Assembly (NCBI GenBank): GCA_965203175.1
Contig: OZ241867.1
Location: 1,184,001-1,248,000 of the forward strand
Source: Candidatus Latescibacterota bacterium
Lineage (GTDB): Bacteria > Latescibacterota > UBA2968 > UBA8231
Length of the DNA: 64,000 bases
Reading direction: 5' to 3'
Shown: in pieces, positions 28,111-38,040 of the stretch
Layout: each line of letters opens with the position of its first letter
How positions within the stretch are numbered: position 1 is the stretch's first letter
Position numbers and translations under genes: made by a program
Notes under the pieces: generated by a model
Seen by the model: the letters and a program-made list of their open reading frames with translations, nothing else
The model's database searches: none
Told to the model about the DNA's origin: nothing

Positions 28111-29127
28111 ATGAGTGACGGACAAAGCGGCATGCACGTCGGAGTGCAGGGGATCGGCACCTCAAAGATGGAATTGGAGTTTCTGGTGCGACACGGGGTG
28201 ACGCACATGGATGCCTCCGTTGAGGACAACGAGGTCGAGACCTTAGTGCGGCACAAGGAAGAAGCGGCCGCCTACGGGGTGAGTATGGAGGCGATCCACA
28301 TCGGCGTGCCCAAAAGCATCACGCTGGCGCAAGACCCGCAGCGAGACCGGGACCTCGACGAGGTCTGCCGCTGGATCGAAAACGCGGGCAAGGCCGGGCT
28401 GCGGGCCTTGCTCTACAACTTCTGCATCCTGCCGCACCAGCGCACCGAGCCCACGCCTGGGCGTGGGGGCGTGACGTATAGCTCATTTGATCTCTCGAAA
28501 TTCGACAACGAAACGCTGAGCGAAGCGGGCGTGGTCAGCCGCGAAGAAGCGTTTGCGCGGGCGGCCTATTGGCTGGAGCGCGTGATTCCGGTAGCCGAGG
28601 CAAACAAGGTGCAGATGGCTTGCCATCTCAACGACCCGCCAGCTCCGGTCCTGCGCGGCGTCGAGCGCTGGAACTGGCCGGTAATGGAGGGACTCAAACG
28701 CTTTTCCGAACTGGTCGATAGCCCGTATCACGGCTTTAACTTTTGCTGTGGTGTGGCATCCGAAGGCTTGGAAAATCCGGCCGAGGAACTCTGCGACATC
28801 GTGCGCTACTTCGGCGAGCGGGGGAAGCTCTTCAACATCCACTACCGCAACATCAAGGGCGGGCTGCACAATTTCCAGGAAGTCTGGCCCGACGAAGGCG
28901 ATGTGGACATGCACGAGGTGGCGCGCACCCTGAGGGACGTAGGCTATCAGTACATGTTGATGCCCGACCACGCGCCGTCCCATCCCGACGACAAGGCTCC
29001 CGAGGGCGTTTCGGGCCGGGTACGCCAAGCTTGGGCCTTTCAGTTCGGGTATATCATCGCCATGATCCAAGCGGTGAATAAAGAGCGGTCCGGCCTCAGC
29101 ATTGGGGCCGCAGCGCAAACTGCCTAG
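28111..29127 (+). CDS. Mannonate dehydratase (UxuA)-like protein
   Basis: IPVAE...V.MACHLNDPP, GFNFCCG, IHYRNIKG, EGDVDM, MPDHAP motifs. Confidence 0.8.
   Translation: MSDGQSGMHVGVQGIGTSKMELEFLVRHGVTHMDASVEDNEVETLVRHKEEAAAYGVSMEAIHIGVPKSITLAQDPQRDRDLDEVCRWIENAGKAGLRALLYNFCILPHQRTEPTPGRGGVTYSSFDLSKFDNETLSEAGVVSREEAFARAAYWLERVIPVAEANKVQMACHLNDPPAPVLRGVERWNWPVMEGLKRFSELVDSPYHGFNFCCGVASEGLENPAEELCDIVRYFGERGKLFNIHYRNIKGGLHNFQEVWPDEGDVDMHEVARTLRDVGYQYMLMPDHAPSHPDDKAPEGVSGRVRQAWAFQFGYIIAMIQAVNKERSGLSIGAAAQTA
29090..29112. repeat. 23-bp palindromic REP-like repeat, copy 2 (inside the 3' end of the uxuA-like gene)
   Basis: Identical to 23694-23716. Confidence 0.7.
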
Positions 29128-29144
29128 AAACGGAAAACTGTGGC

Positions 29145-30044
29145 ATGTCGATCCATTGGCTGAGGGCAGTACTATTGCTGGTCCTGCTCAGCTCGTTTAG
29201 CGGAGCTCAGTCCCGAGCAGAACAGGCGTTGAGGCGGGACTTGCAGGCGTTGGAGGATGTCGTCTCTCTGGTGGGATTGGCCAGTGGAGCGGCCCTGCTG
29301 GTCTCGCTGGGGCTGCTCGTTGCGCGGTGGCGGATGGGGACGGTGCGGGCGCGGCGCTTTGTCTTGCGCGGCGACGGGGGCCAACCAATCGCTCAATTGG
29401 TGCAAGGCCCCAATGGCGGCGAGCTGGAGTTGAGGGATGACAATGGTGAAATCACCGCGGTGCTGAGCCGTGGACTTAAGTTGTGCGACCGATCAGGACA
29501 GGTGCGGGCCGACTTGCGGCTGGAGAACGATAAGGCCCCGCTGCTGGAGCTCTACGATGAGCGAGGCGAAGTGCGGGCGAGCCTTTCGTTGAGTGAAGAC
29601 GGGGCCGGCAGTTTGGCCTTTTACGACGAGACTGGACAGCCTCGCGCCGGCCTAGGTAGCGGCCACGCCGGCGCAATGCGGCTGAGTTTTTTCGACGCCC
29701 AAGGACGATTGCGGCAGCAAAGCGGCATCGAAGACGAAGAAGAGCCTTCGTTCAAGCTCTACGATGCCCAAGGCGAGGTGCGCGGCTCTTTGAGCGTGCG
29801 GGCCAATGGCATGACCTTGCTCGAAATGCGCGACCAAGACGGCCACACGCGCACCATCGTCGGAGTGATGGAAGAGGGGATCGCTTGGCTTGGGGTTCTC
29901 GATGGAGAACAGCGTTTCCGCGCAGGATTAGGCGTGCCGACCGGCGGCAATCCTCGACTGGACTTCTACGACGAAGAAGGGGAGACGCAGGCCTCTCTGC
30001 ACATCGACGACCAAGGCCGCTTTAAGACCGATCCGGACTCTTAG
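29145..30044 (+). CDS. Membrane-anchored protein with ~23-aa tandem beta repeats
   Basis: Signal peptide plus TM helix, then about 9 repeats of L.(F/Y)D..G..R..L. Confidence 0.7.
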   Translation: MSIHWLRAVLLLVLLSSFSGAQSRAEQALRRDLQALEDVVSLVGLASGAALLVSLGLLVARWRMGTVRARRFVLRGDGGQPIAQLVQGPNGGELELRDDNGEITAVLSRGLKLCDRSGQVRADLRLENDKAPLLELYDERGEVRASLSLSEDGAGSLAFYDETGQPRAGLGSGHAGAMRLSFFDAQGRLRQQSGIEDEEEPSFKLYDAQGEVRGSLSVRANGMTLLEMRDQDGHTRTIVGVMEEGIAWLGVLDGEQRFRAGLGVPTGGNPRLDFYDEEGETQASLHIDDQGRFKTDPDS

Positions 30045-30103
30045 CTCTGAGAGAACGACAACCGGCATAGATCTCTGGAGTGCGGAGGCTGGCTAAGAAA
30101 CGT

Positions 30104-30538
30104 TCACAACTCGTCGTAACGCGGCACCTGATCGATGAAGCCGCGATCGGTGACATAGCAGTAGTGGACCAAGCCATTGGTGACCAAAAGACAGCGGGCC
30201 TGAACCACGCGGTTGTACGCGGCAATCTGGTCGAAGGTCTGCTGGCTAATGGAAACGTCCGGCTCTTTGCACTCGGCCATTAGCACGGCACGGCCCGCGC
30301 GGTCGTGGACGACGACATCGACGCGAAACCGCTTGCCGTGGAGATCGATGCCTTTCTCAATGGCGATCAACCCGCGCGGGTAGCCCAAGTCCGATATTAG
30401 ATATTGCACCAAGTGTTGCCGCACCCACTCCTCGGGCGTCAATCGCACGTACTTGCGGCGCAAAGGGTCGAGTATCTCGCGCTTGCCTTCGACTAGGCGA
30501 ATGTCAAAAGCCGCGGCCGGGAGGTTGAGGAGCTGCAT
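30104..30538 (-). CDS. Stand-alone type I restriction enzyme HsdR N-terminal domain protein
   Basis: LTPEEWVRQH, IEK, R.D, AECK, QIAAYN, TNG motifs (PD-(D/E)xK fold). Confidence 0.85.
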   Translation of the reverse strand: MQLLNLPAAAFDIRLVEGKREILDPLRRKYVRLTPEEWVRQHLVQYLISDLGYPRGLIAIEKGIDLHGKRFRVDVVVHDRAGRAVLMAECKEPDVSISQQTFDQIAAYNRVVQARCLLVTNGLVHYCYVTDRGFIDQVPRYDEL

Positions 30539-30539
30539 A

Positions 30540-32903
30540 TTATTTGAGCAACAGCATCTTGCGGACTAATGAGGCGGTGTCCTTCTGTACGCGTGCTAAA
30601 TAAACGCCTGTGGCCACGGGTTTCCCGCTGGCGTCCGTCCCATCCCATTCAACTTGGTAAACGCCCGGCCCTACATAGCCGTCGGCGAGCGTCTTCACCT
30701 TCTGGCCCTGTACGTCGAAAATTTCCAAGCGCACCCGTCCCGGCTCTTGGATGCGGTAGCGGATGGTGGTGGCGCTATTGAACGGGTTGGGATAGTTCGG
30801 GTCTAGGGAAAATTCTCGCGGTACAGCGATTCGGTCGTCCTCTTCCCGCACCGCCGTGACACTTCCAGAGTACTGGGCGGCGACCAAGCGGATTTCGTCG
30901 AGGTAGAAGGTTCCGCGCAGGCTGCCGATTAAGCGCAGCGACTCAATGGGGCCGTCGAGGGCCAGCTCGTCCAAGTTGATCTCGACGGTCTGCCACTGGT
31001 CCAAGTCCAGATCAACTTGGTCAATGAGGCTCAGCGGGCGGGCAGTCTCGCCGTTGACGACAAGGCCAAAGGAGGGCCGGAAGCCGCCGGTGGCCGTGCC
31101 CGGATGCAGGGCCATGCGCAGCCCGACGTAGCCGACTTGAGCGACCGGCGCACGGGGTAGGAACTCAATGGTAAAACCTCGGGCCTCCACCCGCAGTGCC
31201 CGCTGGCCGGCGAAGACGGTATCGGCATGGGTCGGGTCGAGTTGTGCGCTGTAGAGCGCGCCTTGATCCCAAGCGAGCTCGTCGGCAAAGAGGATTTGAT
31301 CCTCTTTGGGCAGCACGACGATGGAATGCACCAGTTTGGTCGCCTCGTCGCCTTGGGCGAGATGCACCACCAGTTTTTTGCGGCCGTTGTGCTCTCCAGT
31401 CGAGAGATCCGCTTCAAGGCGATAGGTATGGTCGTCTATCACTTGCAGGGGCAGGGCCTCGGGACCTTTCAACGCACTCAGATCAGCCGTGAGCTGGGCT
31501 GGTTCTGTGCCCTCCAACTGCCGCCGGAGGCGAATCGTCGAACGCAAAGGCAACGCTGCGCCAGCGAGCAAGGTATCGGGGAGCGGATTTTCCCACATGC
31601 CTTGGAGGGGGCTGGCTTCGATGCGAAAGATCGCCTGCGTGAAGCGATCGCTCGTCAGGTAGAGAACGCCCTGTTCGTCGGTGATCAGCCCGACCGGCGT
31701 CCCCCAGAAGGAATTGCTGTTGGGGTCAGGGCGAAAACCGGTGAGAAAGTCGGCGACGCGAGCGTTGGACCCATCCGGCTCGGCAAAGAGCGCCATGACC
31801 TTGTAGCCGAGATCGTTGCCCAAGACACCCGCGCGGAAGGCGACAAACGCGGCGTGTTTGTACTGGGGCGGGAACTGGTCGTACTTGTAGAAATGCAAAC
31901 CCATCGGTGCCAAGTGGGCGGGGACGAGAGCCGCCGGACGCTCCATGCTGGCAACCAATAGCGAGTCAGCATCGGTCAGCGGGAAAATCGCTCGACGGTA
32001 CGCTCCAATAGAGAAATCCGTCCAGACCTGATAGGCATAAGCCAAGGGCCAGCCATAGAATTGGCCGTCGCGGAGCGGGGTGATCCACTCCGGCGGCAGA
32101 TCCCGTCCCTCGCGGTCGTGCCCATTACCGGCACCCCACAGCTCGCCGGTGACCGGGTGTAAGTCGAGGCCGATGGCATTGCGCAGCCCTGAAGCATAGA
32201 TCCGCCGACCTGTGCCGTCGGTGTTCATCTGGATGACGGTGGCCCGCTCGGGATCGTCTTCGCGGCAGAGGTCGCAACTCGAACCGGCGTGGAAGTAAAG
32301 CTTGTCGTTGGACTCGTCGAAAACCAGCGTATGCGTTACGTGCTCAGAGGCTCGGCCCATGAAACCGGGCACCCTGGCAAAAACGGCGCGCTCCTCGTAA
32401 AAGCCATCTGAATCCCGATCTTCAAGGCGGTAGATCGCATCGTCATCGGCGACGAAGAGAGCCCCCCGGTAGAAGGCGACGCTGTGCGGCCAGTGAAAGT
32501 CATCGGCCGCTTTGTACACGGTGTCGGCGCGGCCGTCGCCGTCTTTGTCGGGCAGGGCCAACACCGTGCTTTGACGGCCGGAGGCCGGGCTCCATTGATT
32601 GCTCCCGCGAGTCTTCATGTTGGCCACATGCAAGACGCCTTGATCGTCCCAGGCCATGAAACGGGCTTTATCTACTTGGTCGGAGAAGAGTTTGACCTTA
32701 AAGCCGGGCGGGAGTTTGAGCGTGCGGTCGGAGAGTCCCTCAACCGGCACTGGTTCGAGGTGGAGGTCGATCTTGGGCGTTAAGCGGATCTGACCGGGGA
32801 GGTATTCGGCGTGGAGGGGGGTACTCGCGAAAAGCACACAGAGCAGGTAGGCGAGAGTGAAACTCTGCCCAGAGACGATGCGTGTGACATGCGGAACGGA
32901 CAT
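30540..32903 (-). CDS. PQQ-dependent sugar/sorbosone dehydrogenase-like beta-propeller with C-terminal FlgD-Ig/T9SS-like tail
   Basis: GSSCDLC.E, ASGLRNAIG, FYGWP, AHLAPMG motifs. Tail NYPNPFN...WDGTD..G..VATGVY. Start uncertain (32903 or 32963). Confidence 0.8.
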   Translation of the reverse strand: MSVPHVTRIVSGQSFTLAYLLCVLFASTPLHAEYLPGQIRLTPKIDLHLEPVPVEGLSDRTLKLPPGFKVKLFSDQVDKARFMAWDDQGVLHVANMKTRGSNQWSPASGRQSTVLALPDKDGDGRADTVYKAADDFHWPHSVAFYRGALFVADDDAIYRLEDRDSDGFYEERAVFARVPGFMGRASEHVTHTLVFDESNDKLYFHAGSSCDLCREDDPERATVIQMNTDGTGRRIYASGLRNAIGLDLHPVTGELWGAGNGHDREGRDLPPEWITPLRDGQFYGWPLAYAYQVWTDFSIGAYRRAIFPLTDADSLLVASMERPAALVPAHLAPMGLHFYKYDQFPPQYKHAAFVAFRAGVLGNDLGYKVMALFAEPDGSNARVADFLTGFRPDPNSNSFWGTPVGLITDEQGVLYLTSDRFTQAIFRIEASPLQGMWENPLPDTLLAGAALPLRSTIRLRRQLEGTEPAQLTADLSALKGPEALPLQVIDDHTYRLEADLSTGEHNGRKKLVVHLAQGDEATKLVHSIVVLPKEDQILFADELAWDQGALYSAQLDPTHADTVFAGQRALRVEARGFTIEFLPRAPVAQVGYVGLRMALHPGTATGGFRPSFGLVVNGETARPLSLIDQVDLDLDQWQTVEINLDELALDGPIESLRLIGSLRGTFYLDEIRLVAAQYSGSVTAVREEDDRIAVPREFSLDPNYPNPFNSATTIRYRIQEPGRVRLEIFDVQGQKVKTLADGYVGPGVYQVEWDGTDASGKPVATGVYLARVQKDTASLVRKMLLLK

Positions 32904-32952
32904 GAGAGCTCCCCGTCGCCAGTATTGGCGACGCAATTCCGATTGTTGATGT

Positions 32953-34077
32953 CTAAAGACCACGACCGGAGTCTAAGAGGATTGCCGAGGTCAGAAAGTG
33001 TTTAGGGGCCGGTGGTCCTGGTGCCGGGCGCTCTCGGCTCTCGGCGATTATGCGCAGACGCACAAAGCCCTGGGCATCGGGCGGGATTTCCAGCGTCCAT
33101 TCGGAACTCCCAGGCGGCCGGGGACCCAGACACTCTAGCACGGCAGGAGCAGCATTCGGCTGCCACAGACCGATCAACTCGGCCCTTTCGACTGCTTCGG
33201 TTGCCTCAAAGGCCACGTGCAAAACACCGGGTCCTCCCGTCCAAGTGTCGCCGATAAAATGGTTGTCGACTGAGAAATCGCCGAGGTCGAGCCAGTGCCC
33301 TTGAGAGGCACAAGTGCGCCCTCGGCGCAGGCTGGCGAAGAGCGCTTCTGAGATGGCTTGGTGGCCCGCCTCCACGCCGACCCGGACGTGATTGAAGACC
33401 CCTAGCGGATAATCGGGCTGCTGCAATTGCTTGTGGACGTGGAAGTCGGAGTTCAATAGCAAGGAGAACGGCCGCTGGCAGGCGTACACTTGGTCGACCA
33501 AGCCGCCGACGGCTCCCCCCGGATAGGCACACGGATCCATCGCAGCGACTCTGGCGTGAGCTTGGTGCCCGTGCAAGGCTTCGATGCCAACGACGAGGCC
33601 AGCCGGATCAGCGGCTAGATAGCGGTTGATGCTCTCTGCGGACCACTGGCCGGCAGCGGGGTGGTTGAAGAAGAGAATGGGGCGCTCTTCCGCCGGCAAT
33701 GCGGTCAGATGCTCCAAGGCCGCTTCTACGCTGACTAGATCCGCAGCCCTCAGCCGGTCGTGGGCAGCGGCGAAAGCATAGGCGTTTTCAGCCTCGCGCT
33801 CGCCTATGGGAAAGACGAGTCCTGCGTGGCCTCCCCTAGGCGCGTTCCACTCTAGCCCGAAGAAGACGGGAAACCCCGGCAGGATGCGGCGCGCTTGCTC
33901 AATCATGCGGTGTTGCTCAAAGAAGACGGGCTTTTGCGCGTGATTGGTCAGCGCGATAAAATCGAGTGCGTCGTCGGCCCCTTGCAAAAGCTCAGCGACC
34001 AAGGCGTGATCTTCGCAGTGGTTGTGTATATCGCCGCGGAGCCACCTCAGAGGCCCGCGCGTTGTCTTATCGGTCAT
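32953..34077 (-). CDS. PHP-domain metallohydrolase (CehA/McbA-like)
   Basis: GDIHNH, DFIALTNH, GLEW, NHP, NSDFH motifs. Confidence 0.7.
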   Translation of the reverse strand: MTDKTTRGPLRWLRGDIHNHCEDHALVAELLQGADDALDFIALTNHAQKPVFFEQHRMIEQARRILPGFPVFFGLEWNAPRGGHAGLVFPIGEREAENAYAFAAAHDRLRAADLVSVEAALEHLTALPAEERPILFFNHPAAGQWSAESINRYLAADPAGLVVGIEALHGHQAHARVAAMDPCAYPGGAVGGLVDQVYACQRPFSLLLNSDFHVHKQLQQPDYPLGVFNHVRVGVEAGHQAISEALFASLRRGRTCASQGHWLDLGDFSVDNHFIGDTWTGGPGVLHVAFEATEAVERAELIGLWQPNAAPAVLECLGPRPPGSSEWTLEIPPDAQGFVRLRIIAESRERPAPGPPAPKHFLTSAILLDSGRGL

Positions 34078-34218
34078 TGCAAAATGGACGGGTACGTATA
34101 TTCTCTAATGTTGCCTATCGGCTTGAGTTTGAGGTCCGAGCCTTATAGATTAAGCGAAAACTTGGACCGCGTAAAAGAGTCGCCGGAAACCTTGGCGACT
34201 GGCTCGAGGAGTAAAACA

Positions 34219-36243
34219 GTGTACAAATGGTCAATTCTCATCGCGCTCGCGCTTCCTACACCACCGGCAGCCGCCCAGATTTCGCTGTGGAAGATGGGCG
34301 GCCAAGGCTTGGCTTGGAGCCGGAGTGACAGCAGCGAAGTCTTTATCGACTTCCAGACCTTTCCCGGCTCAATAGCGCCGACTTACTTCGACGGCGAGGA
34401 AAATATCCTTTCCAAGCTCCCGTTCTGGTCGCCCTTTAAGTTTCCCACTGACTTGGGCTACGAAGACGGCCTCATCCCGCGAGTCTGGCGCGCGGCCAAC
34501 GGCTTCTACTGGTTCACGGCCGGAACCCTGACGACCGAGTGGGTCGATGGCGATAGTTCATCTTACAGTCCACCGGTAGCACGCGGTATCAACTCGGAGT
34601 GGTACACTTTTGACGTGGGGGTTCCAGTGCCAGCCGACGTAGTTGGTTTTTACACGCCTCCACACGGTTTTCGCGCCGACGGTACGCTTCTCCGCGACGA
34701 CATCTTCAAGGCGTTTGAAGTCTCAATCGCCGAAGAGTTTGACCCGGTCCTCAACCTCGAAAACAACGACGACGACTATCACCGCCTAGAGACCTTGATC
34801 GCCGATGTGCCGCTCAATTTCGACGCCAATGTCCAACTCGAATTTCCCAAACAGTACGTGCGTTTCATTCGCCTACGACGCAACCCTTCCATCGACGACA
34901 AAGCCTTTGCCTCCGGCCAAGCCAATGTCCAGCAGGGAACCATCGGCGAGTTTGAGCTCAAGGGCGAAGGGGTGCCCAAGCGGGTATTTTATCTCTCTAA
35001 GATTATCTCCCTAGGCCGCACGGTGAATTTCGGGCGTCTATTTTGGGACGCCACGCCCATGCGAATGGTCAAAGGGGTCCCTACTCCCGTTGACGACGCC
35101 CAAACCCGACTCGCGATCTCCGTGCGCTCTGGCCGCGACGACGACCCCAACGTCTATCACGAATTCACCGACACCGGTGCCGAGCGGACGGTCTCTCGCG
35201 AGCGCTTCGAGAACGAACTCAAGCAACCAGATCAAACTACCCAAGGCCAGATCCAAGAAGGCAAGCCCGGCCTTAGAGCCTCAATCATTTACGACCAAGA
35301 CAACTGGACCTTCTGGTCTTTTCCCATCCCTGAGTCCGGGCAACCCGCTCCACTGGAGCGCGGCAATCACATCCAAGTCAGACTCACTTTCGAAAGCCGT
35401 TCCTTCTTCGACTTCGTGCGGCTAGACTCGCTGTGGATTGAGACTGCACCGCCGTTGGCCTCCCAAGTCATAGGCGAGGTCGCCCGCTTTGACGAGCCGA
35501 CGCCCGACGGCGGTCTAACCGAGGTGTACTTAGGTGAGACGACGGACTTTACCTACGATGTGCTCGCCCAGTTCGACGGGGCGAGCCAGCCGGGCTTTGA
35601 TACGATCCGAATCCGCACGGGTAGCCACCCTCAGTTCAAACGGCTAGAAATGGGCCAACCACTCCAAGCGCTAGAACCGGCCGAGGTGATAGAGGGAGAG
35701 AACGAATTAGTGGTGCGTTTGCCGCAGTCGGTCACCCGCAGCCGCAACGAACCAGTGCGGCTGGTATTCGGCACAGAGGTTTTCATTTTTGCCAACACGT
35801 TCGCCGGCGAGGTTTTAGACACGAGCGGGGAGAGTCTGCCGCAGCAGATTGAGGCTGGCAACGCCACCGACGAGGTCAGCACTAACAGCCTGCGGGTCTT
35901 GGGTGGCGAACAAGAGGCCGAGACACCCATCGAAAACCTAGCTTTTTCGAGCAAGGTATTGACCCCCAACGGGGACGGCACCAACGATGTGCTGGCCATC
36001 AACTACACCTTGTTCCGCCTGCCCGGCCCGGTGCCCGTGGTCCTCAACATCTACGACTTGCGCGGCATCCGGATCCGCACCCTCGACGCCGGAATGCAGG
36101 GGGCCGGGCCGCAAACCGTGCAATGGGACGGACGCGACGCGAGCGGCAAGTTGTTGGTACCAGGTCTATATGTGATGGAGATCGCCCTCAAGGCGGAATT
36201 CAAAACCTTCCGCCACCAGCAACCGCTGGGCTTGGCCTACTAG
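34219..36243 (+). CDS. Secreted hypothetical protein with C-terminal FlgD-Ig / gliding-motility-type tail
   Basis: GTG start after AGGAG. Signal peptide. TPNGDGTND...IYDLRG...WDGRD..G..L.PGLY tail. Confidence 0.75.
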   Translation: MYKWSILIALALPTPPAAAQISLWKMGGQGLAWSRSDSSEVFIDFQTFPGSIAPTYFDGEENILSKLPFWSPFKFPTDLGYEDGLIPRVWRAANGFYWFTAGTLTTEWVDGDSSSYSPPVARGINSEWYTFDVGVPVPADVVGFYTPPHGFRADGTLLRDDIFKAFEVSIAEEFDPVLNLENNDDDYHRLETLIADVPLNFDANVQLEFPKQYVRFIRLRRNPSIDDKAFASGQANVQQGTIGEFELKGEGVPKRVFYLSKIISLGRTVNFGRLFWDATPMRMVKGVPTPVDDAQTRLAISVRSGRDDDPNVYHEFTDTGAERTVSRERFENELKQPDQTTQGQIQEGKPGLRASIIYDQDNWTFWSFPIPESGQPAPLERGNHIQVRLTFESRSFFDFVRLDSLWIETAPPLASQVIGEVARFDEPTPDGGLTEVYLGETTDFTYDVLAQFDGASQPGFDTIRIRTGSHPQFKRLEMGQPLQALEPAEVIEGENELVVRLPQSVTRSRNEPVRLVFGTEVFIFANTFAGEVLDTSGESLPQQIEAGNATDEVSTNSLRVLGGEQEAETPIENLAFSSKVLTPNGDGTNDVLAINYTLFRLPGPVPVVLNIYDLRGIRIRTLDAGMQGAGPQTVQWDGRDASGKLLVPGLYVMEIALKAEFKTFRHQQPLGLAY

Positions 36244-36256
36244 GCTAGCCGCCTCA

Positions 36257-36844
36257 ATGCCTACTAGAGATGTAAGCCGCTTGGGCGAAGACATTGTATT
36301 TGAAGAGACCCTCAGAGGGCGCACCTTTATCTTTCACTCCACTTGGGGGCTTTTCAACCCCAAGCGTATTGACCCCGGTACGCGGCTGCTCATCGACCAT
36401 ATCAAAGCCGGGCCTGCCGACCGCTGTCTCGACTTGGGATGCGGATATGGTCCAATCGGCTTGGCGTTAGGCCATCTCTGCCCCGAGGGCGAGGTCCATC
36501 TAATCGACAAGGACTTCGTCGCCGTCGACTACGCAGCGCAAAACGCCGCACGCAATGGGCTGTCCAATTGTCGCGCCTATTTGAGCAACGCCTTCAGCCA
36601 CGTACCCGCCCACGTGCGCTTTGACACTATTGCCTCCAATTTGCCCGCGAAAACAGGCAACGAACTCCTGACGATCATCATGCACGATGCCTGCGCCCGT
36701 CTCAAGCCGGGCGGGCACCTGTGGGTCGTCACCATTGCCGGGTTAAAGGAGTACATCAAGCGCAACTTCAAGGAAGTCTTCGGCAACTACAAAAAGATCA
36801 AACAGCGGGGGACTTACCTATTATCTCTGGCAGTTAAAGAGTAG
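36257..36844 (+). CDS. Small SAM-dependent methyltransferase (RsmC/MTS family)
   Basis: GLF....ID.GT.LL, LDLGCGYGPIG, SNLP motifs. Confidence 0.85.
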   Translation: MPTRDVSRLGEDIVFEETLRGRTFIFHSTWGLFNPKRIDPGTRLLIDHIKAGPADRCLDLGCGYGPIGLALGHLCPEGEVHLIDKDFVAVDYAAQNAARNGLSNCRAYLSNAFSHVPAHVRFDTIASNLPAKTGNELLTIIMHDACARLKPGGHLWVVTIAGLKEYIKRNFKEVFGNYKKIKQRGTYLLSLAVKE

Positions 36845-36866
36845 AGCTTCGACTACTTACAGAAAC

Positions 36867-37919
36867 TTATAGCAGTTCCCCGTTTACCTTGACGCCGAAT
36901 CCCGGGCCTTCGGGCACTACCAAGTGCCCCCCCTGTGGTTGTGGCTCACCCAGCCATAGTTTGTCGCGCACCTCGCCGCGCCTACCCATGACCATTTCGG
37001 CCAAATTGTCGCCGTAGCCAGCCGCCAAAAAGTGCAGCCCCCAAATCTCGCCGCCGCGGTGAGGCACTAAGGGGACGCCGTGGGCTTGGGCGAGTTCGGC
37101 AATGCGCAGCACCGCCGTCAAGCCACCGCACCAAGTGACATCCGGTTGCCACAAGTCCAGTGCTCGTATCCTGGCGATATGACCGAAATCCCGCGCGGTG
37201 AATTCGTGTTCGCCGCCAGCCAACAAAACGGGGTGAATCTGCGGCCGCAATGCCGCCAAGCCGTCCAAATCGTCGGGGAGTAGCACGTCTTCAAACCAGT
37301 GTATCTTAAACGGCGCGAGTTGCTGCGCTACGGCCACGGCAAAGTCGGGCGACCACGACATGTACGCGTCAATCATCAAAAGCGCATCTTTTCCCAAAGT
37401 CTGACGCGCCTCTTGGGCCCACTCAAGTATGCGCGCCGCGTCAGCGGCTTGGCCTTCTCGCTGCGTCTGCGAAGACTTATGGGCATTAAAGCCCAAGTCG
37501 CGATACCAAGCGCAATCTGGGCCTGTGGCGTAGGCCCGCACCTGGTCCCGCCGCCGACCGCCCAACAAATCGCAGACGGACTTTTCTGCGGCCCGGCCCA
37601 GGACATCCCACAGCGCCAGATCCACACCGCTGATGGCCATGACGGCGACCCCGCTGCGGCCGTAGGGCAGACTGGCCTTGTATTGGTCGTCCCACAGCCG
37701 GGCGACATCTTCAATGCTGTTGATGCTGCGACCCACCAGCAACTCGCGCAGGTGGCGGTTGATCACCTCTACGGCGGCAATCCCGCCGCCACCCGCACCC
37801 CAGCCGCTGATGCCGACATCTGTATCTACCCGCACAACCATCTGCCAGAAGTGCCGGCGCCAAGCAGCGGGCGCGACACGGTAGCGGGGATACATCGACT
37901 GCACTTCGGTTATTTTCAT
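36867..37919 (-). CDS. Enolase superfamily dehydratase (L-rhamnonate dehydratase-like)
   Basis: AISGVDLALWD, MIDAYMSW, WFED, GEHE, QPDVTWCGG, PH motifs. Confidence 0.88.
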   Translation of the reverse strand: MKITEVQSMYPRYRVAPAAWRRHFWQMVVRVDTDVGISGWGAGGGGIAAVEVINRHLRELLVGRSINSIEDVARLWDDQYKASLPYGRSGVAVMAISGVDLALWDVLGRAAEKSVCDLLGGRRRDQVRAYATGPDCAWYRDLGFNAHKSSQTQREGQAADAARILEWAQEARQTLGKDALLMIDAYMSWSPDFAVAVAQQLAPFKIHWFEDVLLPDDLDGLAALRPQIHPVLLAGGEHEFTARDFGHIARIRALDLWQPDVTWCGGLTAVLRIAELAQAHGVPLVPHRGGEIWGLHFLAAGYGDNLAEMVMGRRGEVRDKLWLGEPQPQGGHLVVPEGPGFGVKVNGELL

Positions 37920-38040
37920 GCGTAAACCCTTGTGTACATTTTGTTTTTATCGCCTTCCGTTTTGGTAATAAGCCGCTTCGTGTCGTATTATTTACATATC
38001 AAACACCTTGTATTTTATATCCCCATTATAGGAGCAGTCC

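Noticed and set aside
30104-30538. Type I restriction-modification or other defence system
   Set aside because: Only a stand-alone HsdR N-terminal domain is present, with no hsdM, hsdS or helicase nearby.
33895-34218. Long N-terminal extension of the 782-aa ORF
   Set aside because: It overlaps the opposite-strand PHP gene. The SD and signal peptide indicate a GTG start at 34219.
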